A DNA stretch of 54,121 bases, filler included, from Asterionella formosa (Eukaryota), in NCBI GenBank assembly GCA_002256025.1. It is 4 parts of 4 records of this genome, joined end to end, with 100 filler letters (N's around TTAATTAATTAA, not from the genome) between each part and the next. Parts side by side here need not be neighbours in the genome. Positions count along the whole stretch, not along the records: positions 1 to 13,469 come from NKIB01006657.1; 3 more parts are not named here. One strand, written 5' to 3'. Below are positions 1 through 11,260 of the stretch, in pieces. Position numbers and translations under genes: made by a program. Under the pieces are notes generated by a model. That model did no database searches, was not told the origin of the DNA, and was given only the letters and a program-made list of their open reading frames with translations. How positions within the stretch are numbered: position 1 is the stretch's first letter; the number at the start of each line of letters is the position of its first letter.

Positions 1-1491
1 CAGGTATGACGAAGAGCAAGATCGACCCTATGTTATTTATGCACCGGAACAAGGATGGACAAATTGATGGTCTACTTGATAATTACGTGGATGACGGTAT
101 TGTACGTGGGACTCCAAGTGCAGTGGAGTATATGAAAAATGTTATCAAGGAAGATTTCAATATTACCGAGCAGGGTATTCTACAGAAACACCTAGGAGTG
201 GAATATGCTTGGAAAGAGGACAAGTATGGTGAATACTGGGAGGTGCAGATGCAGAAATTTCGTATGCAACTTCTACATGAATACGAGAAGTTGACCGGTA
301 TGAAAATTAAGTCGTACGCAACGCCGGGCATACCAGGAAAGACATTGAACAAGAATGACGGTGAAGTTATTATGGAAGGAGAATATCGAAAAATTGTGGG
401 CAAGTTACTATGGTCTACAAAGAAGGATTCGCCGGACTGTGCGAATGCGGTTCGGGAACTATCGGTTCATTTAAGCTGCCCAGGTGAAGAACAATGGCAT
501 GCAGTGGCAAGAGTCATTGGTTACCTATCCAATATGGAGGATAGAGTTCTCAAGTTGCGTAAGCCAAAAGAGTTTAGAGTCATTGCCTACGTGGACAGTG
601 ACTGGGCAGCTAATAAGGTTAACAGGAAGAGCACGACTGGCTATCTTGTTACTATTGGTGGGGCACTTATCAGTTGGCAGTCGAAGGGACAACAAACGGT
701 TACGCTGTCCAGCACGGAAGCCGAGTATGTGGCGATGTCCCAGTGTGGACAAGAGATCAAGTTCATAGCAATGCTACCAGGTACTGAATGAGGTTACTGG
801 TGGTAAGGTCATGTTACCAAGTATCCAACAAGAAGACAATACAGGAGCTATTTTTATCGCGAAGAACCAGCAAATCGGAACCAGGACAAAACATATTGAT
901 ATTAAGTATCATCATGTAAAGGACATGATTGAGAATTAAGAATTGGAAGTCATTTTTATAAGGTCGGAAGATAATTTTGCGGACATTATGACCAAGAACG
1001 TGAAGGAACAGATTCATATGAGATTGTCCGAACCAGTTCAGAGTGGAACGATGTTACAGCCTCTTGAGCGTGGCAATGGGGAGGATGTCAAGAATATTAG
1101 CCCGAGTCACAAGGATTGTAGACTCGATTGTAATCGAACGAGTCGAATATTGCATTGCCACGTCAATCAGCTGTCTAACAAGATCAAAGATTGAAGATTT
1201 CTATGGAAATGTTAAGTGGAAACTCGAAGAGAGTCTTAGAACGACTTTGCAGGAAGCAAAGATGCATGGAAAGGAAACATTCAGTTTAGCTTATAATTTA
1301 ATTTGAGTTTTAGATTATCAACCGAGGAAAAAGTGTGTTAATTGACAGCAAGGTCAATTAGTCTATCTAGCAGGAAGGCTAGAAGCAGAGACAAGAGAGA
1401 AAGTAAGTGGTACTAGGTAGTACTACGATCACGTAAGAGTCTACGTGAAGAGAGACCCAGCCCGCGGGAAGGAGTACGGACCATTTCAACA
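1..1491 (+). mobile_element. 3' part of a Ty1/copia LTR retrotransposon (RT, RNase H, PPT, 3' LTR); inactivated
   Basis: RT YVDD motif. Copia RNase H motifs YVDSDWA..RKSTTG, SSTEAEY, EDNTGA, RTKHIDIKYH and ADIMTK. A 7-nt frameshifting insertion at 777-783 and an in-frame TAA at 937-939. Confidence 0.95.
1086..1491 (+). repeat. 3' LTR (406 bp, TG...CA) preceded by polypurine tract GGGGAGGA
   Basis: Starts TGTCAAG right after the purine tract and ends TTCAACA. Homology with the second copy (18612-19022) stops at this CA. Confidence 0.85.
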
Positions 1492-2493
1492 AGGGTGTAC
1501 AATGACACCCCGGAGAAATACCGGTAAGGGTACCTGCACCGTCTAGCGAATGCTCGTTTCTCAGCCTACATACACATATCTTTTGTGTATGCAGGTACAA
1601 GGGACCCTCTGCTATGTATTCTCATGCTCCATTCTATGATACCGGCAACAAAATACTGAGTATAGCTACGTAGATAGATCGTTGCTTGGATTCGACGAGT
1701 GCAGGCAGTCGAGTCGGCCATGTGCCGATTTCGAGGACAGCAGTTAGGAAACCAAATATTCAACTCGCATACCGGTATTTGCAAACGGACATGTGTACGG
1801 TATATGGTCTCGACTTCTGGCGCACATCTTCATTGATTTCAATATACGTAAAGGTTACTTTCGCATTGGTATTCTATTTATGTATTCCCACTCCAAGGAA
1901 TAGAAGTCTGTGTGGTGTGCCCGCCTCAGTCATTCTTGATCGTTCACCACATATCCATACATGATAATAAATATAACATGTATACTGGGAGACCGGTATC
2001 TCATCCAGTTTGTGCGAACTTGCTTCCACAGCAAAAAGCAAGAATTTTAGTTTCATGAGCCAGCGTATGAATACATCGAGTATTCACGCACCTTGGTTCC
2101 TGGTAGCAGAAACATAAGGGTGGGAGGTCCGACAGTCGTGATTTTGGTGCAGTCCGGCGTTGTTATCATCTCAACAACCACGTTATCCTTATGTACGTCC
2201 AATCTATGTATCAGCCAATAGATCCCGTTACCAGTGTATAATTGGCCTACATTTCGGTAACGTCGTCTCATTCCGTAAATCATCTATCCTTGAAATACAC
2301 AAGAAGCAGAGAAACGTCAGGTCGTCATCGATTGAATGAAGCATTGTCCTCCTAGCCTAGCAGCACTCTGATCTCATCAACTAGATAAGCAAGCAAACAA
2401 GCAAGCGGAGCCTTCCCGTTTCGATTGCGATAAAGCGGCAAACGACTGTCAAGAGGGATTCCATCATTGTCCCGCCTCGATCCTTTTGCAGAA

Positions 2494-5235
2494 ATGGACA
2501 CAATCGATGGTCCTCTCGCCACCTTCGCAGTCCCGATGTCAAAATCTCGACAATCATCACCTTCACATGAGTTCAAGGTCGCAAGCACCGCCTCGTCGAT
2601 AGAATCCCTTTCATCCGGTGACGGAAACCATCCATGGCGAACTACTGATAGCGGGAGTGTTTCACGTCTCTCGGACTCCGGAAGGCACTCAGTACGTAAC
2701 AGGTCAAACTTTACTGCCGACGGCTACGTTCTTCCCGCAAAGCATTCCTCTCCCTCTCGGATCCCATTCCCAGTGACACATTCGGCTTCCGATTGGAATG
2801 ATGAAGGTATTCCTTTCGATGAAACACCATTTGATGAGATGAATAGTGTCCAAAACCAAATGGCATGGAAGGGGGTCGTTTATGAAAATGATATTCCAGC
2901 GCTCTCGCCACTTGCTGCCTACTCAGACAGGAACTATTATTCCACGAAGAACCCAGAGAAACCATCGATAGATACACGAGTATACCTGAGCGAGACAGAT
3001 GAGGCGTTGGCTATTCCCATCCCTTCTACCATTACCCCGGAGAGGCTAAGCACTCGTGTTTACTTTAGCGAGACAGACGAGTCACTGGCTATGCAGGCAC
3101 CCCCCAAGACAAAGAGAGTGACGACTCGCCAAGAGAATCCCATCGGACAACATCCGCCCCGGTCGCCCGAGTCGTTTGCTTTTCCTCGTGATGAAAGTCC
3201 TGGCAAGACGAAACTCGAGCCCTCCGTGAGCGTGGCCAAAGCCGTGTTGGCCAAGTGGAAGGAAGAACCGGGATATCGCGACGATAGTTTTCACACTTCA
3301 GATTGTGATCCATATTTTGAGACCAACTTTGATCCCCCGGAAAGGCTCAAGGAAGATTACGAGGAGTTTGGCTTGACTCCTGGCAGCATCACGGAGGAAG
3401 GAAATCAACCTCTTGGTAGCGAGAAAGCAAATCAGCTGGTTTCGACCTTTAGATCAAGTGCGACTAATCCGTCGGACGACGACGATTCTCTTTTTGATTT
3501 CGGTGAAGAAACACGAAGACTATCCTCTCAACTTCCATTACCAAACATGACGCATGACACACAATCCGCTGTGCTTACGAGGAACGCTATCGCTGCAAAC
3601 CAACGCCGGGGCCGAAGGGGAAGGCGACATTCTAACGTGCAAGAAGATTCTGATGCTGATACTTCACTCGATGCTGATTACGGGGTCATCCGGCAGCGAT
3701 CGTCAAGCCTTCAAGCGAGAGCGCAAGAGGCTTTCAAAACAAGACTCCCTAGGGTGAAGGAAAAAGCGCAATCTAATCCAACGCAGCGAATGCCAAGCGG
3801 AAGTCCTAAAATGGTCAAGTTCGACCAAATGCAAGCAATTCATAATGTTTTCCCTGACGAGAACGATAAAACTGCTCCTGCGCTAAGTACTGAAGTCAAT
3901 GTTGATTGCATTAAAAGTATCGAGAGTGAAGTCGAAGACGCCATCAAAGATCTATTTTTTATAGGGGACGCAACATCAAACATACCTGGCCGTCGAAAGG
4001 TCAAGAACCAGTCTGCAATGGCAGATGACTCTCCGACAGTTCTCGCAGACGATTCCACTGTAAATGATTCCGTCACTTTGAACACCTTAAATACGCTGGA
4101 TGAGTCTACTCTTGACGGAACATCATTCGCCGACGTGACGTCAGAAAAGATCAGTGTTTCTGCCTCAAAGAATCCTTCATCCATTCAGGGCCAAGCATTA
4201 GTGGATGAGGACGCTAACACTTTTACTGCTATGTGGGGCATGGTCGAGGAATCAATCAATGTGATGGGCGCGGTTCTTGGTATTTCTCCGGCGTCTGAGG
4301 GGATAGGAAATGACGAAGTAAGAAATGAAGAAACAGAATCGGTTAGCCGAGAGTTACATCAATCAAGTTTGTCGGCAATCTATTCTCCTGTGATGGCGTT
4401 GTCGACAGAGCAGACTTCTTTTGACCTTTTCGACGTTTTCCGTCAGTCAGCGCCAAAAATCACTGACACGATCATTCTGAAACCAGGACCACATGATGAA
4501 GACAGTGCATCCCAATCAAATATCAAGTCCAAGTCAACAGTCAGTGGGAAATCGCTGGAGCAAGATTTACGTTTGAGCGAATTTGCTCTCCATACTGCAC
4601 GCTCCGTGCACTCTCTCAATGGTGTTAAATTTAATGAGGCAGAACATCCAAATGCAATCACCCAGATGGATTTTATCTATGTGAAGGTTGGTCTTCCCCT
4701 TGGAATTCTGTTCCAAGAAAATAGTGGTGGCTGCTGGGTTGCCAGGGTATTGGAGGATGGAAACGCTGAGAAAGCAAATGTGAAGGTCGGAGACCAACTT
4801 GGTGCAATTGATGGTGTCAGTGCAATCAAGATGACCGTTGACGACATTTGTAAAGCAGTTTCCCAGGCAGCAAACCCTAGTTCAATTGAGCTGACTTTCC
4901 TTCGGTACTCTGGGCCTCTTCGATCCTCAGAGCTTGTGACGTTTGACGAAGGATACGAACTCGAAGTCCCTCTAAGTAAGAACGAGACAGAGGAAGAATA
5001 TGCTCCTGAAGAAGTTTTGTCTCGCACAGCCACAGAACCTATAACCTGCGTGGCGATCCCTCCAACCATTGAGAAAGGGAAGGAAACTAAGCATCAAGAT
5101 TCTGTAGAAAGCAAGAAGAAATCAGGGAAGAAATTTACGGGCAAAGTAGAAGACAGGCAAAGTCAGACGCCGGAAGTAGCAGTTGACATTCAGAAGCGTG
5201 GCTTAGGTCGGCTGTTTTCCCGAAAGAAGAAATAA
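2494..5235 (+). CDS. Large, mostly disordered protein with a C-terminal PDZ domain
   Basis: 913-aa ORF from the first ATG. PDZ-like segment PLGILFQENSGGCWVARVLEDGNAEKANVKVGDQLGAIDGVS...IELTFLR. S/D/E-rich N-terminus and basic C-terminus. Confidence 0.85.
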   Translation: MDTIDGPLATFAVPMSKSRQSSPSHEFKVASTASSIESLSSGDGNHPWRTTDSGSVSRLSDSGRHSVRNRSNFTADGYVLPAKHSSPSRIPFPVTHSASDWNDEGIPFDETPFDEMNSVQNQMAWKGVVYENDIPALSPLAAYSDRNYYSTKNPEKPSIDTRVYLSETDEALAIPIPSTITPERLSTRVYFSETDESLAMQAPPKTKRVTTRQENPIGQHPPRSPESFAFPRDESPGKTKLEPSVSVAKAVLAKWKEEPGYRDDSFHTSDCDPYFETNFDPPERLKEDYEEFGLTPGSITEEGNQPLGSEKANQLVSTFRSSATNPSDDDDSLFDFGEETRRLSSQLPLPNMTHDTQSAVLTRNAIAANQRRGRRGRRHSNVQEDSDADTSLDADYGVIRQRSSSLQARAQEAFKTRLPRVKEKAQSNPTQRMPSGSPKMVKFDQMQAIHNVFPDENDKTAPALSTEVNVDCIKSIESEVEDAIKDLFFIGDATSNIPGRRKVKNQSAMADDSPTVLADDSTVNDSVTLNTLNTLDESTLDGTSFADVTSEKISVSASKNPSSIQGQALVDEDANTFTAMWGMVEESINVMGAVLGISPASEGIGNDEVRNEETESVSRELHQSSLSAIYSPVMALSTEQTSFDLFDVFRQSAPKITDTIILKPGPHDEDSASQSNIKSKSTVSGKSLEQDLRLSEFALHTARSVHSLNGVKFNEAEHPNAITQMDFIYVKVGLPLGILFQENSGGCWVARVLEDGNAEKANVKVGDQLGAIDGVSAIKMTVDDICKAVSQAANPSSIELTFLRYSGPLRSSELVTFDEGYELEVPLSKNETEEEYAPEEVLSRTATEPITCVAIPPTIEKGKETKHQDSVESKKKSGKKFTGKVEDRQSQTPEVAVDIQKRGLGRLFSRKKK

Positions 5236-5317
5236 TATCAGATTTCATGTTAGGTTTCTGTTCGACACTGTTATCTCTAAATAGTGTTATGTATCATTGT
5301 TCATATTTATCAACAAG

Positions 5318-6439
5318 CTAAAGATTATACATGCGTTGCATTGCCTCTATTTGAGTCACTATTGTATCAAAGTGTGGAACAGTCACCCCTAATCGCTCTG
5401 CTCGCTTTAGGGCTGCGCTAAAAAGATATCGCACTTCCATTTTTCTCCTTTCTACAAGGTCGAGCATAGTGCTGGTTCGATAGGGCCCCATAGCATCACT
5501 GAGGTCCATCATTTGCTTCTTTTCCGCTTCACCAAGGAAGAAAGACTCATCATATCCGTTCTTTGCTAGATCAGCGTTAGCAACTGCAATCGTTTCGTCC
5601 ATGATCACAAAAGCAAGTTTACGAAGGCCAGGGTCCTTCACTATGACATCAACTGTTATTCCTCCCATGGCGACACTAATGCCATTAAAAGGAAGATTCC
5701 AAACATTCTTTTTCCATCGTCCACGAAGCAAGGACACTTCCCAAGTAGTATCAACCCTTGTTGGTTCCCAAAGTTGTTGAAATGCCAGTTTGTGTTCCTC
5801 TTGCGTTGACAAAACCGACGACGCGGCGACTCCACCACTCAACAGCCCAGCATATGAATGATCAATACAACCAGGAGCAACTCTATTAGAGCATAGTAAA
5901 GCCATGCCACCATAGACAGCAGAACAACAGGATAGTTCAGATGAGTCCCCGTTCAGAGCCATTAGCAGGTCCTCCTCAATGAGCCCATTCATAATATTCA
6001 GCACCCGCGTGTTGTCATTCAGTAATGGACGAATCAGGCCGGGAATAGCTTCCAAGGCCGAGCTCTTTAGCGCAACAATTACCCAGTCGGCTTGTCCCAT
6101 GTCGGCTGTGTGTTCAAAAGCCTGCAGTTCATCTGCGGGAATGAAAATATCGCCGTGGACAGACGTTACTCGTAGGCCATCCTTCTTAACAGCTTGAAAA
6201 TTTTCTCCTCTCACGTGGAACTTGACGTTGTAACCAGCTTCCCAGAGTCTGGCTCCATAGTAGCCACCAACAGCACCAGAACCCACAACTGCTACAGTAA
6301 GACTGGACGGATTTCTCGTGTATAGAGCCGATTTGCAACGACCAGGACCATATTCAAGCTGGAGGGGCAGAAAGCCAGTTACGTTCGGAATGAGCAATAT
6401 GGAGCAGAACAAGTTTGAGAGGAGTATGTATTTCTTCAT
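5318..6439 (-). CDS. panE: 2-dehydropantoate 2-reductase (ketopantoate reductase, ApbA/PanE family), probably plastid-targeted
   Basis: Rossmann motif VAVVGSGAVGGYYG, plus ALKS, MNGL, RWKK..WN..FN and TSTMLDL..R.ME. N-terminal signal peptide ending VTG|F followed by a short transit-like segment. Confidence 0.9.
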   Translation of the reverse strand: MKKYILLSNLFCSILLIPNVTGFLPLQLEYGPGRCKSALYTRNPSSLTVAVVGSGAVGGYYGARLWEAGYNVKFHVRGENFQAVKKDGLRVTSVHGDIFIPADELQAFEHTADMGQADWVIVALKSSALEAIPGLIRPLLNDNTRVLNIMNGLIEEDLLMALNGDSSELSCCSAVYGGMALLCSNRVAPGCIDHSYAGLLSGGVAASSVLSTQEEHKLAFQQLWEPTRVDTTWEVSLLRGRWKKNVWNLPFNGISVAMGGITVDVIVKDPGLRKLAFVIMDETIAVANADLAKNGYDESFFLGEAEKKQMMDLSDAMGPYRTSTMLDLVERRKMEVRYLFSAALKRAERLGVTVPHFDTIVTQIEAMQRMYNL

Positions 6440-8014
6440 ATTTGAAGACGTGAAGCGAATGATGGGTTCATGAAAATTTGAAAAAGTTCAGCCATCCGAT
6501 GTGCCGGTACCAGGGGTACCTGGTACCACCTCAAAACTGAGAGTCATATAAAGTTTACCCCATGTATCGACTCGAACTATTTTAATCAAATTTCATAGTG
6601 ACAACAAATCACGTACTGGTACGCATGTTTAGCTAACTGTTGAACAGGCTCTCCGCTTTCATTGGGTCTGTTTAACTAGTAAAATAGCATCACAGAACCC
6701 GATCTCGATCAGCAATTCAAACAACACTACAAGCATAAATACGTAATATGCAGACGTGATTCCCATCTCTTCTCGATTGCACTACAGGATCTCCTGGAAT
6801 CCCGACTGAACAGAAAAATCAGGGTTTTGGAAAGGGCTAAATACATTTTTCTCGCATCCAAACAACAATCGCAGCCTAATGGAACAGGAATCTCTACACA
6901 CATATTTCCCCAGAAATTCAGGAGACAAGAACCAAGACACCAGCAATCCTGCCAAACACTTGTGTGTGGCCTACAAGAACCCACTACAAACAATCCACAC
7001 TACAAATCCAATTCCCAAGCTGTCAGGAACAACTTCTCAGCAACATGGACAGGACCCAAGACTGCAGCTACCGGTTTTTTAACCAATACTCCTACTTGAG
7101 GGAGTGACCACCAACACATCTTCCACCACGGCCCCACCTCACTATGGACCATGGAGCGCAAAAACGCTAAATCTAGAAATAGGCTAGGATAATGGCGCTA
7201 CAAAAATGATTGATATATAATGTTACAAATGATTTTATAGTATTTGCAAGGCTATCAGGGGGAAGTGTTTGTGTTTGTTCATGTATATACTTCATAGCCA
7301 TGAGGTTCATTCAGAAAATCTACTGGTATTCTTTTTTTGTAAGTTCACTAAGTTGCTGTCAACAAGTTTTAGTAATTGTCAGAAAAATCTAGTCGTTTTC
7401 AGGACATCTCAAGTCATTGTCAGCAAGTTTAAAACATAGAAACAAGGTAGGATTCCTACTAAGTGGATCCAAAGCTCGAAGACGGTTTCTTGAACCCATT
7501 CATCAGTCAGCAAATCCAAGTCGTGTTCAGAGACTGACTCTGGAAATCGTCATTCGTCAATAAGAGTATCGTTTTCCTAAATTACTTAAGGAATATTCTT
7601 TTCATCGAAAGGTGGCTTACCTTGTCCAGCAGGCATGAGATGATCCATTGGGAGTGCGTCGAAACTGGAAAGGTGCGCATTAAATGTGCAATACCGGACC
7701 TTCCTGGTGATGATGAGTTGCATTTCAGTTTTACCGGACAGTTCGACATTTATGTAGGTGAGATATGAACAGACTACATACAATGAATTCTACACACAAG
7801 TGTACCACAGGACGGAATCCATAATCCATTTGTATGCCATTCTTAAAAATACTGCAACAAATTATGAACATACAATGCATGTATAAAATCGCGCATGAAT
7901 TTGTACGGTTCACCCGATATACATAGTACACTCAATTCACCATGTGACTAGCAGTTGAGTTACTAGCTAGCAGTGCCAACGTTTTGCTATTTCAAGGTGG
8001 TGATTGATATGATG

Positions 8015-9010
8015 GCACATCATGACAATAAATAGCGATTCAGATCGAAATTTTTTGGCCTGCTAAGGTTTAACTGACACCAAAAAGTACAAAAAGTTCA
8101 AAATTTACTGTTTTGATTTGCTAGGTAATTAGGTCATCATGAAGAACAACTTGTATGAACAAGGACCAGCATGGAGAAGATCTACGGTCACAATGAAGAA
8201 GAAGAACTCATATGGTCTGGAAGTAAACAAGCAAAAACTAATTTGGGGTTTTCGTGCTGACAGATTATGTAAACAATCAATTCTACTTTAGTCAAGCGTT
8301 GTTTGACAAAGTATCACCATGACAAAGAATAATAATTCACATGGAAAGAGAAATTCAATTGGATCCAGTGAGCATTCAATCGAAAGCAAACACTTCGGTC
8401 AGGTTTGTGTCGAGTTGTTCGAATAGTGAATACATACTGTTTGTTTTACAGGATAATATATCATTATATGATGAAGACTAGTGATGATTCATATGGAAAC
8501 CAAAAATCGATTTGGGTCTACTTAGAGTTGAACCGAAAAAATTAGGTCTGTGTCGACTAGGTTTAAAACAGCTTTGTTGGGTTGGATAATCAAGGCTCAT
8601 ATCATGAAAGCTAATGGTTCATGTTGAGAGTGAGACTCGATTTGGGTCTGCTGAGAGGTCAAATCAATGAAACAGTTTAAACTGTGAATATATATGTTGT
8701 TTTGAGCACAATGAAAGACTTGCCTACAAATGCGGGATTACAAATGGGCCATATACCATACTATCCTTTTTGATTTGTAGGATAATTTCATAGTCATGAC
8801 GAAGGTTATTAATTCATGAATTTGAAACCAAGATATGGCGTAGGTCCACTGCCAGCCAGTTCAACTCGAGAAATGTAATACAGTGTGAGTTGCATCCACT
8901 TGTTAAAACGAAAACCAACATAGCTGGCATTGATCTGTTGATTCTATAATCATAACAAAAGATACTAACACATTTGGAGAGTGAAAATGTATTTGGGTTT
9001 GCTGACAGAA
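8015..9010. repeat. Highly degenerate tandem array (about 6-8 units, roughly 130-190 bp spacing)
   Basis: Recurring CATGA..(n)..TTCATATGG..AAA..ATTTGGGT(C/T)TGCTGA motif near 8191, 8318, 8470, 8603, 8794 and 8950. Confidence 0.5.
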
Positions 9011-9863
9011 TCATTAACAAAATCAAATTCTAATTGAGTGGAGTTTTGTTCGAGGAAGGGAATGTTGGAATGATAAGCTGTCAAACATACATTAAACATG
9101 GCTCTGCTGAGTAAAGCCAAATTCTGTGTGCCTGATGGAAGGAAGGGAAAGTTTTGTGACAAAAAGGAAATAATATAGTGGTAGCAAATCAAAAAAATAA
9201 AAGAATAAACATTTATTTTCATAATTTGAAACATGCTTCACTACTTAACTTGCTTAGCTTGTGCATTTCAACCTGCATCAACTATTCAATGACTTCCTGC
9301 AAGAAGGCCTACCAAGCGCAATAAGCATTTGCCAAAAGAATGATTAATGTGGGCAGCCATCAAGTCTTGCAGCAATGAAATGATGGAACGATGATGCCAT
9401 TGTGTATTAGTGTGTTGATCGTGATGCATGTCTCAAAATTCTTTCAAACACACTTGAAACTCACGAAAAAGGATTCCATAAATCAATTTTGCCTTTGGTA
9501 GTAGGATGATACTACGATCTATTACCGGGTACCAGGCGGTACCGGATAATCGTCTGTGAGAACTCCGTGAAGGTGATCTTCACTATAACTTCAACCGAAA
9601 TCACTAGCTTCAACGTGTTCGTCTTGATGCTTAACAGTTTGATCATTTTCTCAAATACCGGACGATTGCGGGTGGAGGAACACAGAATTCTGGTACTTTG
9701 TCCGGTCGAACTGAAGTAATGGCTGTTTCGCACAGAACCTCGTCCAGGTACCGGTACCACCAACCTATCTTAGTTAGTATAACCCTGTTTACCTAAATAT
9801 ATCTCGTCCATTTATTTTTGTCCAATATTGGACCGTAAGACTTCCTGTCCCTTCCAGCCCAAC

Positions 9864-11225
9864 ATGTCCGAGGTCTCATTGTTTCTTCAATCGACTATAG
9901 CTACGAGTGCATCCAACCTTGACTCGAGACGCTTCAGGAATCCATCCCTTGATAACAGAACAGAAAGTTGGACTGAAATCTGGGGTGTGCCTGATGAGAA
10001 ACCCGATGCTACCGAGGAGCAAGTCATCGCGGAGCAGCTTCGAACCGTTTACCCAAAACTCCCTATTACCTTGATTCAATTTAGGCCTGCTTGGATGGAG
10101 CAACTTGTGCTGAAAATCGCAAAGCTTCCATACGTCGTAGTAAATTCAAGTTACGCGGCTACAGAGTCGACAGGAAGTCTTCCATACCTCCGAGACTTGA
10201 CGGAAAACAAGGCACCAGCCTTGGTTGGGAGGTATCATCCTGTTAAAAACGGTCCCTCAGAAACGAATGCAGTCCTTGATTATCTGCAATCAGCACACAA
10301 CATCTGCTTGGATGGGACGCTCTCGGCTTCGCAGAAAGCTCAATCTCATCTCCTAAAGAGTTTGATACTTCATGAACTCCGACCACTGCTGGAAACCTTT
10401 CGTTTTGAGGACACTGATGCATGGGAACAAATTTACCGTCCTCAATATATTGATGCGTCTAAGGGACAAAATTATAACCAAGGGATCTTCTCTGTTGGTT
10501 CGTGGTGGCAAACGTGGTCGGTCCGAGCTGTGGCTCGAAAAGAGCTGTTGGCCAAGGGCTGGACGTTGCAAAAGGCCCAACGAATGGCTCGACCATGTTA
10601 TGCAACATTTGAGACTGCCTTGGAGCAACATAATCCGTATTTACTGGGTACCAAAACAGCATCTACCGTGGATTGCCTGCTGTTTGATCATTTAGCAGAA
10701 GCGCTTTGCAATGTCCACCTCGTCGTGATACTCGCAGACTTTCCAAGGTTGATTCAATTCTTTCAGCAACTGTATGAAACGCACTTTAGGTTGGAGAAAT
10801 GCGACACTGAAGAATGGAAACTTTGGAATCGTCAGGAGAATTTAATCAATTCTTTTCAAACACTTCCCATAGAGAAAAAGAAACAGAGTAGTGACCAACC
10901 TTTCACGAATGCATTAGAATTGATGCAGTCGCTTTCTGTTCATCAACACGATTTGCAAGAGGTGCTCACTGTCATGAAAGAAAAACGAGCCCTTGAAGCC
11001 AGGGCCATGCCTCGAAAAGCAATGTCAACGATATATCGATGGCGAATGGGCGACGACTTGTTTGAGGGCGCTAAGGACGAAGGAAACGAGGCTGAGAAGC
11101 AATCGCCACAAGAGAAGTGGCGAAAGGATCAAAAATACAGTGATGAGGTCTGGATATCAGCCGTAGTTGCCATTAGTCTGGCTGTGATCGGGAACGCTGC
11201 TATTAAAGGGAGCCAATCTGGGTAG
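9864..11225 (+). CDS. Metaxin/Sam37-like (GST-fold) mitochondrial outer-membrane protein
   Basis: LKIAKLPY..N...STGSLPYL N-domain. C-domain YLLGTKTASTVDCLLFDHLA...FPRL. C-terminal hydrophobic anchor VWISAVVAISLAVIG. First ATG at 9864. Confidence 0.75.
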   Translation: MSEVSLFLQSTIATSASNLDSRRFRNPSLDNRTESWTEIWGVPDEKPDATEEQVIAEQLRTVYPKLPITLIQFRPAWMEQLVLKIAKLPYVVVNSSYAATESTGSLPYLRDLTENKAPALVGRYHPVKNGPSETNAVLDYLQSAHNICLDGTLSASQKAQSHLLKSLILHELRPLLETFRFEDTDAWEQIYRPQYIDASKGQNYNQGIFSVGSWWQTWSVRAVARKELLAKGWTLQKAQRMARPCYATFETALEQHNPYLLGTKTASTVDCLLFDHLAEALCNVHLVVILADFPRLIQFFQQLYETHFRLEKCDTEEWKLWNRQENLINSFQTLPIEKKKQSSDQPFTNALELMQSLSVHQHDLQEVLTVMKEKRALEARAMPRKAMSTIYRWRMGDDLFEGAKDEGNEAEKQSPQEKWRKDQKYSDEVWISAVVAISLAVIGNAAIKGSQSG

Positions 11226-11260
11226 TCAACCGTGACCCACTATAGCTTAATTCTTTTTGT

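Noticed and set aside
2711..5069. Numerous antisense ORFs within long genes (also in BUB1, the RRM gene, Pta-like and DUF1445)
   Set aside because: Shadow ORFs of real coding strands with no independent motifs.
6790..7190. Possible LINE 3' remnant
   Set aside because: Only a vague resemblance; no diagnostic motif in any frame.
7440..7760. Possible minus-strand two-exon gene fragment
   Set aside because: In-frame stop, no start and no recognisable family; at most an unidentifiable relic.
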